Origin: Cenococcum geophilum
Lineage: Eukaryota
Direction: 5' to 3'
Length of the DNA stretch: 64,000 nucleotides
Assembly (NCBI GenBank): GCA_050273025.1
Contig: CP158635.1
Span: 19,468,001 to 19,532,000 of the forward strand
Both the position numbers and the translations under genes were made by a program. Of this stretch, positions 11,677 through 24,487 are shown piece after piece. The notes under the pieces were generated by a model. The model was not told the origin of the DNA. It did not search any database and saw only the letters and a list, made by a program, of their open reading frames with translations. The first letter of the stretch is position 1; each line of letters opens with the position of its first letter.

Positions 11677-13380
11677 ATGGCACTAATAATAGACCTAAGC
11701 TATAACACTAAAGACACTCTTAAGCGAGATCTAGGGCTTATGAACGAACAATATAATACGATCTACTATAATGTTGAAATCAAAATGTCGACGCGCGGGC
11801 TCCTTAGATAGCTACTACGCTCCCTTATAAGCAAGATATAAATACGGCAAATATTAAACGAAATCTCCAACGAATTCCCATCTATGTTTTTAGGTTTACC
11901 TAAGAACCTACGTACTAAATATGTTAAACAGCTTGCCTAGCGCTATAGCTATAACGCGACGTGTTAAATAAATAAAACGGCTCCTACTAGGCAAATTATA
12001 ATAGGCAACTTAGTACTCCCATACTCCGCCATTGCGTATTATCCACTAGCCGGCATACTAAAGGCAATAAGGCAGGAGGGAATACTAAGGTTATATAGAA
12101 CAATAATAATACTAATTTAGCGGGTAGCTGACGAAGAGCTAATAATTATCCTAACCTAAAAGCTAGCGACTAGCAAGAATAACGCTCTAGATATATACGT
12201 TAATAATCTAAGCTTTAATATATTTATAGATATACTAGGCTAGGATATTAACTTTAACCCTAAAAGTAAAACGCTTTACTACTACGTTGGCGATAAGATA
12301 GCTAGAGGACGAATTTAGCTTATAAATAAAGAGAAATAGCGCAGTGCGGTTAAGGATATATTTCTATAAGAAATAGATAGGTTTTTATTTATAATAAAAT
12401 AAAGAAGAATAAGTAGGTTACTACTTAAAGTTAAGCTAGCATTACTAACTTATATTTATAGTCTGCGCTACTAGCTAAAAATAATATAATTACTTACCCT
12501 CTATTTCCGCACCCTTGCCTTTACTAAATAACTTACACTCTATATATATAAGAATAGGTAGAACTAGTAAATGGGTTAATACTAAGGCGATACTTAACCT
12601 ATAGCTGTCCTAAAAAACCTCTCCTAGTTAAAAAAGAGCCCTTACTCTATGCCTTAACCCGCAATAAAAAAGGCAAAGGCAACTATAACCGTAGTATAGA
12701 TTATGCGCCTTAAAGCCACTGCTTTATCTGGAATGCTTATTAGTTTAATGGATTACTATATATAAAGGTAGACGGCTTAATAGAGCCCCTTAGTATACTA
12801 TTAGGCGAGGGAGTTTTAGAATAATATAATCTAAAATATTCTTATAACTTATCCGGCATTCTTAAAACGCCTAAAGGGATTAGACGATAAAGTTTAAGGT
12901 TTATACCCGTTCTTTTTAGTAAACTTGTTAGGGTAATATATGTTAATACCGTCCCCGGCTCGCTCTTAGTATCTAATACCTAATCCTTATATCTATGCTT
13001 GCGCTTTTCTTACTATTCTGCTGAATTTAATTGCTATTATAATATATATGTAGGGGATAGGTTAGGCTTACTATAGGCTAGCGGGGTTAATAACGCGGAA
13101 AAATAACATTAGATATTTATAGTAGAAATACTAGGTGTTGCATAAGGGTATAAAATATAGCGATATAACTATATAGAAGTGTGATTGCTGTCCTATATAC
13201 CGCCTATGCCTACCCTAGCATTATCTACACTGGCGAGCTATATGGATAAGGTAGATAAGCTTCGCTTTAAGCGCGAAACGGGTATTAAACCTAGTATAGG
13301 TAGACTGGAATAAGGTATAGGATCTAAAAGCCAGCGCCCTAGGTGGGTAAAGTGGTTTAATAAGGTACCTCCCTGTTAAA
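11677..13380 (+). pseudogene. RIP-inactivated gene(s) of unknown function inside the Plavaka element
   Basis: Coding-like frame from ATG 11677 (MALIIDLSYNTKDTLKRDLGLMNEQY...) with only TAA/TAG RIP-type stops, and a probable intron near 12410-12460. Confidence 0.5.
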
Positions 13381-13947
13381 TTTAGACATGAGCCTTATTA
13401 GCCTACTGCTTTTGTTATTAGGATTAACGTTTAACCTTTTATATACGTATACCGTATCTGCTAAGGGATATGCTAATAAAATAAAATAGTTTCGCGTATA
13501 ATAGCAAATAGTATTAGACAATCTTTAACTATATAACAATGTTTTCTTAACTACTAACTTAACGCGAGTTAATAGGTTGCGATCGCGGCTTAACCGCAAC
13601 CGGTTAGAACTAGCAGCTAATTATAATAAATACACCCCTATTTAAGTTATTTGTAAGCACCATAGTAATAATACTCCTACTAATACTGCCATTAGTTTAA
13701 TATATATTATACTAGTATACATTCTTTTAAGTTGTTAATCTATATACGCCCTAGACATTATAAAAACAGCCATAAGGTAACCTATTCTAGCTATAAGCTA
13801 TACCTTCTGCTAACTAGGCAAATATAGGAGTGTTACTATAGTAGGTAAACGTAAAAACGCGTTATTAAACACTTAAACTAGTAGCAAGAACCCTACTTTG
13901 AGTTAATATAGGATAAGAAAATGAGGATAACTAGTATAATTAACCTT

Positions 13948-16560
13948 ATGTCTCTACCTAGCCTACTACTAAGAGTTGCCTATGTTCTAGCTAACGGAAG
14001 AAAGAACGCGCTAATAGAGAACGAGTATGTGGAACTTAGCTAGGACGAGTATATGGAACCCAGCTAGAACAAGCACGTAGAACCCAGCTAGAATGAGTAA
14101 TATTATAACTTTAGTCTAGTTATATCTAGGCGCAGAGAGGAGTAGGTATATAATAGACCCCGTTAACATCGAATATAATATATTAAGCTGGCTAACAATA
14201 TATAGAATATATATGGCCGCCTCCGGCTTAAAAGGGTAATATCTAATAATAAGAATAGCGACTCTAGTCTAGTTATATCTGGGTATAGAGAGGAGTAGGC
14301 ATATAATAGACCCTATTAACGTTATATATAATATATTAAGCTAGCTAACAATATATAGAATGTATATGGCCGCCTCTGGCTAAAAAGGGTAATCTCTAAT
14401 AATAAGGATAGTGACTATAAGTCTATACCTGCTTCTTCTATAAAATAATAGCGACTAAATATTAATAAATCTACTAAATTTATTAATAATCTAGTAGCAG
14501 AACTAGCTTAGTTAAAGACGCGAAGTCCTAATCTTTTGGTTAAGGTAGGTTACACCTTTATATATAACTGGAGTCTAACTACAATATTTAATAGTCTCCT
14601 CTACTATTTAGCACTTGGTGAGCCCTAGTAAATAAAACACTCTCTTTACTATCTAACCGCCCACCGCTATAAAAAGCAGCATCTTTATAATATACCTCCT
14701 GCTCTTAATAATTGCGTATTAGTTTAAAATACTCTTCTATACGCCCAATCCGTACCTTACCGCGTAAATAATTGTATGCTAGTTTAAAATACTCTCCTGT
14801 ATGCCTAATCTAAACCTTATCGCGTAAATAACTAATATTTGGCTTTATATTCTTCTTAGTAAGCCGTGTTCGCCTAAACCCTAATATAGCTTCGTCTATA
14901 AAATAAGTAACCTCCCTCTAATATAGAGTATACTAATCTAGTGTTTAATCTAAAGGGGACCTAGATAGCACTAGGGAAAGTAAGGACGAGTCGGACTATA
15001 ACGATTTTGACCTAACTGCCGCGATATAGGCAAGAGAAGAGTACCTTTGGATATTATAACGGCGATATATAAAAGAAAACCCACCTAAGAGATATAAGCC
15101 CATATTTGCGCTTTATAGGTCCATTTTACTAGTAAGGCTAATAACTAACTCTAGGACTTATGACGGGCATCTTATTAACCCGTGGTTTAACCGCTTTCTA
15201 GGCCTTATTAAGGATATAATAAAAAAGGTATAGTTAGAAGCTATTTTAAAGTAGCTAAAAGCAGTATAAAAAAAAGCTAATTATATTCCTGACCCGGTGT
15301 CCGCTTATAAGGTATCTATATACTAGAAATATTGTATTAAATTGTCTACTAATAATCTTAATATTATATATAGCTATTTAATGTAATAGGGAACTTTAGG
15401 AACCACGTAATTATAAAGGCTTATATAGTTATAAGGGAGGTATATAGGCTAGGGTTTAATAATATGCCCGAACTAATTATGGAACTACTAACTAATTATA
15501 ATTTTATTACGCTAGATTATATAAAGGTATTTTGCCTATGCTATTTAGTAAAATGCTAATAAGAGTTAATAGCTAAGTAATAACCGCTTCCGTTCTAACG
15601 CGATAGTTGCTAGCATAGCTAGTATATTTTACGGTAGAGGAAGAAACGGCCTTGCCTAATTACCCTGCTCTTATAATATGTTTAAAAAGCTTACTAGTAA
15701 TACTATTGCTTTTATTTTAATAGTAATATATTATGCAATTAGGGAGTATAGAACTAGGTCTAAGGGAATAGATAACTTTTATGGTACTGTTATTAGCAGT
15801 TAGTATATATCCGGTGTTTTACTACCTATTATTATTCTCTAACCCGTTATAGAAGCCTATGCTAACCTCTTAGGCAGCTAGAACTAGATGTTTAGAAAAC
15901 GGCAATCTAAAATCTAGCTACGGCTTTAGCCCGTAGTTATTAAATATACTATAGGCCTAATGCCGGATTAATTAACTATAGAAATTATTAAGGACCCGTA
16001 TAAAGATGACCTTAACGACCTTATAGCGGATTTAAGCGATAATATAAGAGAGAGGTTCCTTATAAGCCTTAGCAATAACAAAACTAACGCGATTATTAAC
16101 TTAGGCTATTTATTAGTAAGCCGGGCTATACTATCTAATCTACTAAGTCTGTCTTAAAGGGAGAGCTCTAGAGTAGGCTAGACTAGTTTACTAAGTCTGT
16201 CCTAAATAGAGAGCTCTAGAGTAGGCTAAACTAGTCCGTTAAGTCCGTCTTAAAGGGAGAGCCCTAGAGTAAGCTAGAAAATCTAGGGCCCTACTACTAC
16301 TATAATATTTGCTAATTTAACTTTTAGAACTAGCTAAGTTCGTTAGATTTAGCAGAATATATATCCTCTGCCCTAGTATACCACTTTATCCTAAATATAG
16401 GAACCAGTAAGCCTAGGCCGGAAAGGTTTAAATCTAATAAGTTATTTATATAATTTAAGTAGTACTATAGCCTTATAGAGGACAGCTATGGCTAGTATAG
16501 TAATAGAAAAGTAATATTAACTTTAATTAAGAATAAGGAGCAGTATATAAAGTTTGTAAT
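13948..16560 (+). pseudogene. DUF6532-like domain protein with repeat-rich termini (RIP-inactivated)
   Basis: 15580-15920: RFRSNAIVASIASIFYGRGRNGLA...TIAFILIVIYYAIREYRTR...NFYG...AYANLL resembles the DUF6532 pattern (IAL..TAI..AL.EW.TG...F...Y...L). In-frame 153-, 60- and 42-bp tandem repeats and several GT-AG introns. Confidence 0.5.
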
Positions 16561-16989
16561 ATATACTCTGGACTCTAGTATAGAGAAGCCAATAGAGTTT
16601 TTGGTAGGAGATTAGGTATAGGACTTTCCATACTCTTCTATAGGATAACTGCGGCTTCTTTATTATATATACTAGCTCTTAATCTACCTTTCTTTTAGCC
16701 TATATCTGCTACTCTTAGTAGCTACTTTTTGGCTATATATATATGCTATACTAGCAAAGCTAAATACTTATAGTATATTATTGTCGCAGGGAGAGCAGGA
16801 AAGGTCTTATGCTTTTAAAATATATTATAAAACAGTTGGGATATTATATTAAATTATCTAAAACAATATAATAGATTGTATAAAGAAGTGTATATAATTT
16901 GCCTTGCTAGCCTTATAAATAGCTTTAAAGTAGCCTTTGTTTATTATCTAAAATATACTGTTAGTATAAAAGAGGTGGATGGCTCCAAA

Positions 16990-17156
16990 TACAATTGTGG
17001 TTGTAGGTTGCGTGCAGGTTGCGCGTAGGTTGCGCGCAGGCTGCGCGCAGGCTGCGTGTCAAAAAAACACGACATAGGCTAGTCGGTCGAGTTGCTAAAT
17101 GCCCTCAACTGCGCGCCAATTGCGTCAACCACCAACCATTGAGGCCATTGGTAGGG
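16990..17156 (-). repeat. Terminal/subterminal region of the Plavaka element
   Basis: Five 11-bp repeats gYaggYtgcgY at 17003-17057, inverted related motifs (caactgcgcg, caaccac), end ...ccattggtaggg = CCCTA on minus. Confidence 0.7.
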
Positions 17157-17620
17157 TACCATATTTTGCCGATATAGAGGTAAAAAGGAAGAGCTAAATT
17201 AAGAAGCTTTTAAGTAGGAAGCCTCTCTATAAGCTTTTAGTAAATATAATAAAGAGATCGCGCGATAGTAAGAAGTTTTAAAAACCTTAAAGGTTGCTAA
17301 GAATAATATATGGTTATAGACTCTGTTAAATACTACTATGTAAAGACGGCCCGTATTGGCAGAAGTACGTAAATTGGCTTAATACTAAAGAATAAGTATC
17401 TATATATAATATACACCAATATTTTAATATATTTATAGCTTTAGTTAAGACCTTTGGTAATATAGTAGAATAATTAACCGCCTAGGAATGTAGCTTATTA
17501 ATTAATATATACGGGCCATAATTTATAAAACGTAAGTAATAATGTAAGGGATAGGATATACTTAGGTCTATTCTATTATAGGAGGGAAGGTCTCTCTCCA
17601 GACAAGAAGTCACGGTGCCG
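17157..17620 (+). mobile_element. 3' remnant of a piggyBac-like transposon (apparent target of the Plavaka insertion)
   Basis: Frame RKPLYKLLVN...R..RIIYGYRLC*ILLCKDGPYWQKY de-RIPs to RTxYGCxLCxIPLCKDGPCWxEH, the piggyBac C-terminal Cys-rich motif; ends ...cacggtgccg followed by TTAA (17621-17624). Confidence 0.55.
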
Positions 17621-18099
17621 TTAATCTGTCGGTCGGTCGTAGTTAGTTAGTAGAAATTAGTAGGGAAGTAGTTAGTAAGAAGAGAAGAAAAGAGTATATT
17701 ATCTCTTAAAACTGTCAGCCTGTTAAGCCTATTTAAGTTATTAGAAACCCTAGGGCTACGGACCAATCTATATATCTATAGAAGGCCTATATACTCCCTA
17801 GACTATACCTAATCTAAATATTAAATCTAGTAGGCTAATTTACCCTACTATATACCTCCCCTACCTAAGTTATTGTCCCCTAACGACTCCTAAAACTTTA
17901 AAACTCCCTATCTTTAAAATAAAGGTATAGTAGGTAACTATATATACTCCTTGCCCTTACTATAAACCCAAGATAGTAAACAAGGAGACTCTGTTTTAGT
18001 TAAATAAGACCGCTCGCGTCTACCTAGTAGAGTAGTATAAGAGGTATTAGACTAACGGCTCTTAGATAATATAGCTCTTTTATATTCTTCTATTTACTT

Positions 18100-19270
18100 G
18101 GTTTTATCCTATAGTTCTTTAGGTAACTCTATATAACTTTATCCTTCTATAATAATAGGGAGTACTCTACTTAGATCTACTATAATAGTTAAAGGATTAA
18201 TTCTATTGTTAACGCAGTAGAAATACGAGCGGCTATTAAAGCGCTTTATTTTGGCTATATATATAAGCTAAAACGCATTCTTATAGTTTTCGACAGCCCT
18301 AAGACGGTAAAAATATATCTACTTACTAACTTCGTTCCTATTGCCATTAAGAAAAAGGTTATAATTTTAAATTATCGTTAAAGAGTCCTATTATCGTCTA
18401 CCTAAAAGGGCGTTAGATAAGGCGCTGGTAGCTATAAGCTTAACTACAGTAGGGAAGCGGTATAAGATTGCGCTGTAAAGATTAGTATATCCGGATAGTA
18501 TATGGGGTAGTGCTTTTAAGTATTAATAAGTATCTACCAGCTCTACCTAAGTCCCTCCATTTATAACCTTAAGGTTATTATAATCGTCCTAAATACTAAT
18601 AAACTATAGCAGTATTATTTGCTAAGTCCTAGTTAAAGGTCCTTTCGCTCTATAAGGAAGGTAAGGTATAGTTATATATATATCTCCTTTCTTATATAGC
18701 TAAGCTACCTAATTAGTTGCATGTTTTTCTACGTCTTAGTTAGATATCTTATAAATAAATCCATTACCCTTAGTTAATCCTCGCGCCTTAAGATCCTTCT
18801 ACTATAACTCTAGGTGGTAATATATACTAGGTAGAATAATTATATAATTATCCTTAGTTTTATTATCTAGAGAAATGCTTCCTTAGATTATATTAGCACT
18901 GCATCCGCTCTCTAAAAGAGAGGAAATATTAACATTAATATAGTAGAAAGCTGTAGAGTCTCCCTTAATAGCGAATTTTATATAATAAGGGTAGAAGATA
19001 AGTTGTTACTAGCTGTTAGGCCTAAGAGCGTAATAGAGACGGTAATACTAAGGATTCTGCCTTATTAGCTACTAGTAGAGACTATAAACTATCGTTCTTA
19101 ACTAGCTGTAATTTAGCCGCCTATTAATTAGACGCTAATAATAGCGGTATATACGTATTTCCTTATTAATTATTACTAAGATGCTAAAATCCTACTACTA
19201 TTTAAACACGTTTAAAACCATAGATCCTTTTACTCCTATATATCTTGGTTATTTAGTAGCAGCATCTAAT
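18100..19270 (-). pseudogene. PhyH-like 2OG-Fe(II) dioxygenase-fold protein (RIP-inactivated)
   Basis: Single frame de-RIPs to YGWLRTMVYSLxQQLMRQDP...RLISYPYY...FRHIDVNI...MIQGSISLDDE...ILPGMHHHL...KKGDVxITIPHLPHGA, giving the HxD, QGxxxL, PGxH and GD...H pattern. The His/Asp ligands are inferred from RIP-reverted codons. Confidence 0.65.
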
Positions 19271-20224
19271 TAAGCAAAGTCTCTTAGTTATGTCCAAGGG
19301 GGTCTTCTCCTTGAAGCTCTACACGAAGCCCTGCACGAAGATCTACAGCTTTGTTTACGACCAGCTTCCACCCCCCTCTGGCAAAAATTTATTTCGCTAC
19401 AGCTCAATCGCCACCAACTGTATATAGTAATTGTAGCAAACGCCTATGGCTGTACGCAAGGGCTATTTTGGTTGTCTGGGAGAACGGGCACGACTCCTCC
19501 CTTTCAACGACTTGTTGAAGTTTCTTTCCTCCCCCTTTTTGCCTACGCCTACGCCTACGCCTACGTTATAGACTTACAACAGCTAATAAAACGCGATCCT
19601 TCGCCTTCCATCGTCTTCAATATCCTTTATAGCGTGCATAGCTACATTACCTTTGTTAGTTGTCCATTGAACGTAGAGGCCACGTTAAAAGTGGGTCAAC
19701 CAAGGCGTCTTCAAGGCCAACATTATCCAATCCAGCTTCCTCGTTCTTATTTTTCTCAATTCCACTTGCTTCGCTATTTCGAATGTCACTTGGCGTATGC
19801 AGAAAGCCTGTTCAACACGCCTATGCAGTCATGGCTTGGTTCCCGTCTCTAATACCTAGTTCACGGTTCACAAAAGATTGGTTGGGGTTTTGTTTATGGT
19901 TTTAGGTGATCTGTCAAAAGAGCGTTATCCCTACAGCACGAACTCTCCCCCATCCTGGCGTATTTTGCAACCCCATCGAACCATCCATCGAGCCACTCTT
20001 TCTCCACCCCCCTCTTCCTCCACCATGGCACGCCGAAGCCGCCACGCTTCCACGGATCGCCTAGGTAATAACCATGCTAGAACTCATTAACACCACGATT
20101 TCGAAGTTTCTCTGCATTTAATGCCACGGGCCAAAACTTACAAGCTTCCAATAGCGCAGCCGGAAATTGGAAGGTAACAGTTGGTGTCCTGCTGCTTGAC
20201 GCAGGCATGGCAGTAAGTCTTCCC

Positions 20225-20845
20225 ATTAAGCCCGAATTGATTTGAATTGATTACAAAGCAATTCAAATCGATACAATTCACAAAGCGGCGTTGGGCGACA
20301 ATTCTAGTGCAGAGGGGTGGGGCGGCTTGAATTGATTGAATAAAATATAGGTGAGGTTTTTGGTTAAAAAATACCTCTAAGGTGCTAACGAAGGATCTGG
20401 TAAGTGAGCGCTCGGTTACTTTTCTTAGGTCCCGTACTAGTATTCGGCAACTTCCGCTCATCCTGCAGGTCCTCTGCAGGCACCTTAGAGGAATATTTAA
20501 GCCGCCAAGCCCGCCAAAGTTATGGAGTTTACACCTGCCAAAGGTCCTTTCAAAATTTATCATTTATCTACCTATCAACATTACTATCTATTTCCATCTA
20601 TATGGACGCAGAAACTACTTTATTTACACCTTCTACAGGCCCTAGTGAATTATAGTTACCTACAGAGCTTCAGAAGACTCATAACTTTGACAGTCGCGCC
20701 ACTAATGCAGACCTAGCGGGGGACTCAACAAATTTAGAAGCGGACACGTACAAAGGCCTTGACTGGAAGCTATTTCCTGGCTTCCAAATTCCTCCACTAT
20801 CTAAACGAGACCGACGATCGCATATTTGGCAACACTGCTATAAGT
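20225..20845 (+). mobile_element. 5' remnant of an hAT-like element
   Basis: gaattga/caattca subterminal motifs at 20230-20340; ORF remnant from 20601 MDAETTLF...YKGLDWKLFPGFQIPP...RRSHIWQH, like the N-terminus preceding the BED finger of fungal hAT transposases. Confidence 0.5.
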
Positions 20846-21100
20846 AGAGGACTAATAGATGGCAGACGACGACAACCCGATCCTCCACCAAAGCCCTTAA
20901 CACTATATTGATGATGTCATACATCACGGGTTTCATCTTGTGGCCAGCTGCGCTACAAAGAGGAGCTTATGCAAAGGCTCTGCGGGCAAGATTTAGGCGA
21001 ATTAAGTGACTTTTGGTTGCTACACCGTGCCAAGACTTTTAGTAGGGACTATCTTAATAATTCAAGCCTTTCAAATCTTCCGGAACTAGCCCAAGTCAAT

Positions 21101-21742
21101 TCAATTCGGTGATTTTGGAGCGCCAAGCAATTCATTCAAGTCTGAGGTTGTTGGAAGACTTGAAAGGCTTACTGCCATGCCTGGCTTGACGGAGGCGCCG
21201 CCTTGGCAGTTAATATTGCAGAAGGTTTGGACGCCACCTGCGTATGTTAGGCAAGGAGTGGATGGGTGAGGGAGAGGTGCTGGGAAACTCACGAGCCTGG
21301 GAGCTGGAGAAGAAAACGTCGATCTCTACGCGGTTCCAGTTGACACCGACGGGGGCGCTGTAGCAAACGCCATATGTTCCTTCGCCACTAATACGCAGGG
21401 TTAGAGTTCCATGTTTGCCAGACAGTCAAAGCGGTCGTGAAAAAGGGAGAAGCTTACGCTGCGGTGCCGTTCTCGGGCCATGTATCGTCGGGACTGGAGT
21501 TGTGGTCGCAGCCACCATTATCATCTAGATCTGCATTAGAAGATGTCTGGTAGTAGGGAAGAAGGGCCTGAGGCAGGCTCACAGAAACGCCAGTGGAAAT
21601 CACTTCGTCGCATAAGAGGGGAGGTGTCGGCCCTCCTGTCAAGAGGTTGGGCAACCTTATTAAGCTCTGAATTAACCGGGGAGGCGGAGATAGATAGGAT
21701 AGTGAGTGCCATTACGGCAATGGAGCGAAGATTGAACAACAT
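21101..21742 (-). CDS. Small secreted Cys-containing effector-like protein, ~154 aa, 4 exons (21742-21583, 21530-21458, 21387-21293, 21237-21101)
   Basis: Signal peptide MLFNLRSIAVMALTILSISASP, dibasic LDRR/LMRR sites, three GT-AG introns with CTAAY branch sites whose phases join into one frame, 4 Cys. The 3' end could instead use a further donor (GTAAGC at ~21172). Confidence 0.8.
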
Positions 21743-23039
21743 GATTGATCGGCTGGTTGAAAGATTGATCTTGCAGAAGTTAAGAGTAATTCTGAAGGTG
21801 ATTCTAATGAAGATGGTGCTGTTCTCGACTTATATAGGCATTAGAGTCTTGCGTATGGAATTTGACGGAGCACGAAATCCTTCTGGCTCTTACTTCTCGT
21901 ATCACGGCACTGTCTCGGTACGACATAGTTCTCGTATTCAACATGTGCAGTCAAGTATTCTCACGATAGGGTGCCGTTTGTCACCGACCTGCTCGTGTCT
22001 GTATTATAGGCGTGCCGTAGGAGCAGAAACCTTACAATTCCCCCCTCTTTTAATGCTTTCGTTCTAGGATGATGCTAGGGAAGTGTAAATTCTATTCTGT
22101 AGGATTGTCACGGAGTAATTTGAGGGTAATTTGGAAGTGTTTGTCAGCTCATAGAATTCGCCCCTTAACGGAGAGCTGCTGGAACCCTGTGTAAGGTTAG
22201 ATTTTTTTTTCCTTTACTCTCATAGATGAAAATACTAAAGGATCGTTTTGAAGGCGAGTTGAATTGCAATAATGATCCTGTTCCTGAGAGCATGACCGCA
22301 TTGGCGGACCGCGGAAATTCCCCGACTCAATCGACGTCTAGGATTGTGCAGGCTAAGAGATCCTATGGCGCCGTGCCCCTGGATTGTGGCCCAATGCTAA
22401 CTTAACCAAACACAGCCCAACTCAGCCCTGAAGTAAGCCCCCGAAAAGGCCAAGACGCATACACTTTTGGTAAACGGAGATGAGCGGCTCATATTTATAA
22501 AGCTGGGCCCATAAGCTCCGGTGGAGGATTCGCTGGTGATAAGGAGCAGTATGCCCAACGGTCCACCGGTAAGGCTGCGATTCTCATCACGTGATGCATG
22601 TACGTATGACCCGAGTTTAGATTGCGGTATTTTGCCCATTTAGTTCAGTTTAAACGGCTGATTTCGACCCTCTGCCGACAATCGTTGTTGGATAGATAGC
22701 AGTTGGATAGGCTAGAGAGGATAAGGGCGCAGGACCCGGTAGAACAATGCCACAATCGAAGTCAGAATTTTGATGAGGAGAAAGAAAAAAGACGCGGAAG
22801 GATAATCAACGCCCAAGTGCCTGTAAGACGGACCCCACGAGGCAAATTGGATCAAGCTTAATTGAGCCCTATTTAACCAAGGGATACTTGTCGAACCAGC
22901 CTATGTAATATATTTAACTGCTATATACTGCTGTACAAGTAGAAACCATGGCGCTAGTATATCCTATAACGTAAAAATCTTCTTATCCGTGCAATAACTC
23001 GCGTCTTTACGTCGTATATAATCTCTTAGAATCTATAGG

Positions 23040-24470
23040 TAGGAATCCTTAAAACGTGGCCTTTAAGTTATACTAGTAAAGGAAATTTTACCATGGGGTT
23101 TTATATTAGCTAGATCTTTAACAAAATTTATATATATTAGATAACCGTGTCTACCTATATTAGTTTAGCTTTTTTATATTAGGTATAGATTAGGAGTATC
23201 TTAGCAATAGTATATCTATAGTTATATTTGTATAGCTAAATTAGCGGCTAAGTCACGATTACGTAGGCGAGGGGGCCTATACACTTAGCAACTATAGATA
23301 TTACCCTATACCTATATCTAATTTTTAATTGCCAGCGATGTTGCTCTCTTAATACCCATTAAGCGCTATGCGTAGAGCCTACTAAGCGCTTTCTACTTAT
23401 ACTAGAATGGTAAGAATTGGCCGCGGGTTAATAGAGATATTTGCGTTTTAAGTTCCGCGCCGCTATTATATAAGCACACTATACTACACTAAAATATGCC
23501 CCTAGGGGGCTATAGATAAACGCTTTAATAGAGAACCCCCTAGTGTCTTATTAGAAGTTAGATATAAATAATATATATAACTATTTTAAAGCCTTTTTAC
23601 CTGCTTAAAGCCGTTTATAAAGCTAATTTAGTAAGCACTATATCTACTCCTACTATAGATTAACCTACTATATAGCCGCTTCGTTGTTATCATTCTAGGC
23701 CTATATAACCCTTTTAATCTCCTTAATAACCTTAAGCTATAGGGAGTATTATTAGACCTCTTTCTACTAACTAGCCTATTATTTACTACTCTATTTAGAA
23801 CCTAGTACTATTATAAAAGGTTTACCTCTTAGCCCTTTAGTCTGCTTACGCTAAAGGGCCCATATAGAGTTTACTACGCAGCTTATATAGTATATAGGTA
23901 GAGACCTAAACCTAGGCTCTAGCTAAAACTATAGCTCTAGCAGCAGTAGGGGTAGCGGTAGTAGCGGTAGTAGTAGTAGCGGCGAAGCTATATGGGAAGG
24001 AGAGCCTATAGCGCTTACCTAGGCGGATGTATATCTACTAGATCCTATAATAGATAAAGCTAAATAGGCCGCTTTTATAGGCGCATTAGTAGACCGGCCC
24101 TAAGGCTATACCGCTACTACTACTGCCACTACTATAGCTATAGTTAAAGGGGCTTCTAGTTAAAATATAAGGCCTCTAGACGTTAGTAATTAAAGTTATA
24201 AAGACTAGGCCTACTAGGACTTATTTAAATAGTTTAATAAACCTTTAACCTCGCTAGCTATCTATTTGTTTTTAGCGTATAGAGCCTTTAGTTAGTTAGT
24301 AAGAAGTAATAGCTAGTTTAGGCTTCCCTCCTCTTTCTATAGATAGGGCTCTAGATTTCGCGTAAAAGCTTTATACGCCTTATACTAAAAAAATAGGGTG
24401 GCTCTATACTATATAGCTTAGGAATATCTTATAGAGGGCTATTAAGTCCTATAGAATAACCTCGCAGAGG
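23040..24470 (-). mobile_element. Degenerate retroelement ORF, possibly LINE ORF1 (gag-like)
   Basis: RIP-mutated coding-like sequence with an SFAAxxA-type low-complexity tract at ~23940-23990; no decisive motif. Confidence 0.3.
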
Positions 24471-24487
24471 TAAAAGAGAAGGTTTAC

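Larger units (their letters stand above)
1..17156 (-). mobile_element. Giant RIP-inactivated Plavaka (CMC/EnSpm-like) DNA transposon, one arm; continues beyond the left window edge
   Basis: Plavaka transposase motif at 1-300 (minus). Continuous RIP-type composition. GC-rich terminus with 11-bp subterminal repeats ending in 5'-CCCTACCAATGG (minus, 17156), matching the CMCWR terminus of the CMC superfamily. That everything in between is one element is inferred. Confidence 0.7.

Noticed and set aside
1..17156. Starship element
   Set aside because: No DUF3435 tyrosine recombinase motifs recognised; the transposase motif and terminus point to Plavaka/CMC
19472..20716. Cluster of short overlapping ORFs
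   Set aside because: No recognisable domains or splice structure; partly hAT remnant and a (GCCTAC)4 microsatellite
21543..22067. 174-aa plus-strand ORF
   Set aside because: Antisense to exon 1 and promoter of the secreted-protein gene
22822..23030. Possible LTR starting TGTAAGACGG
   Set aside because: No matching end, second copy or TSD found in the window
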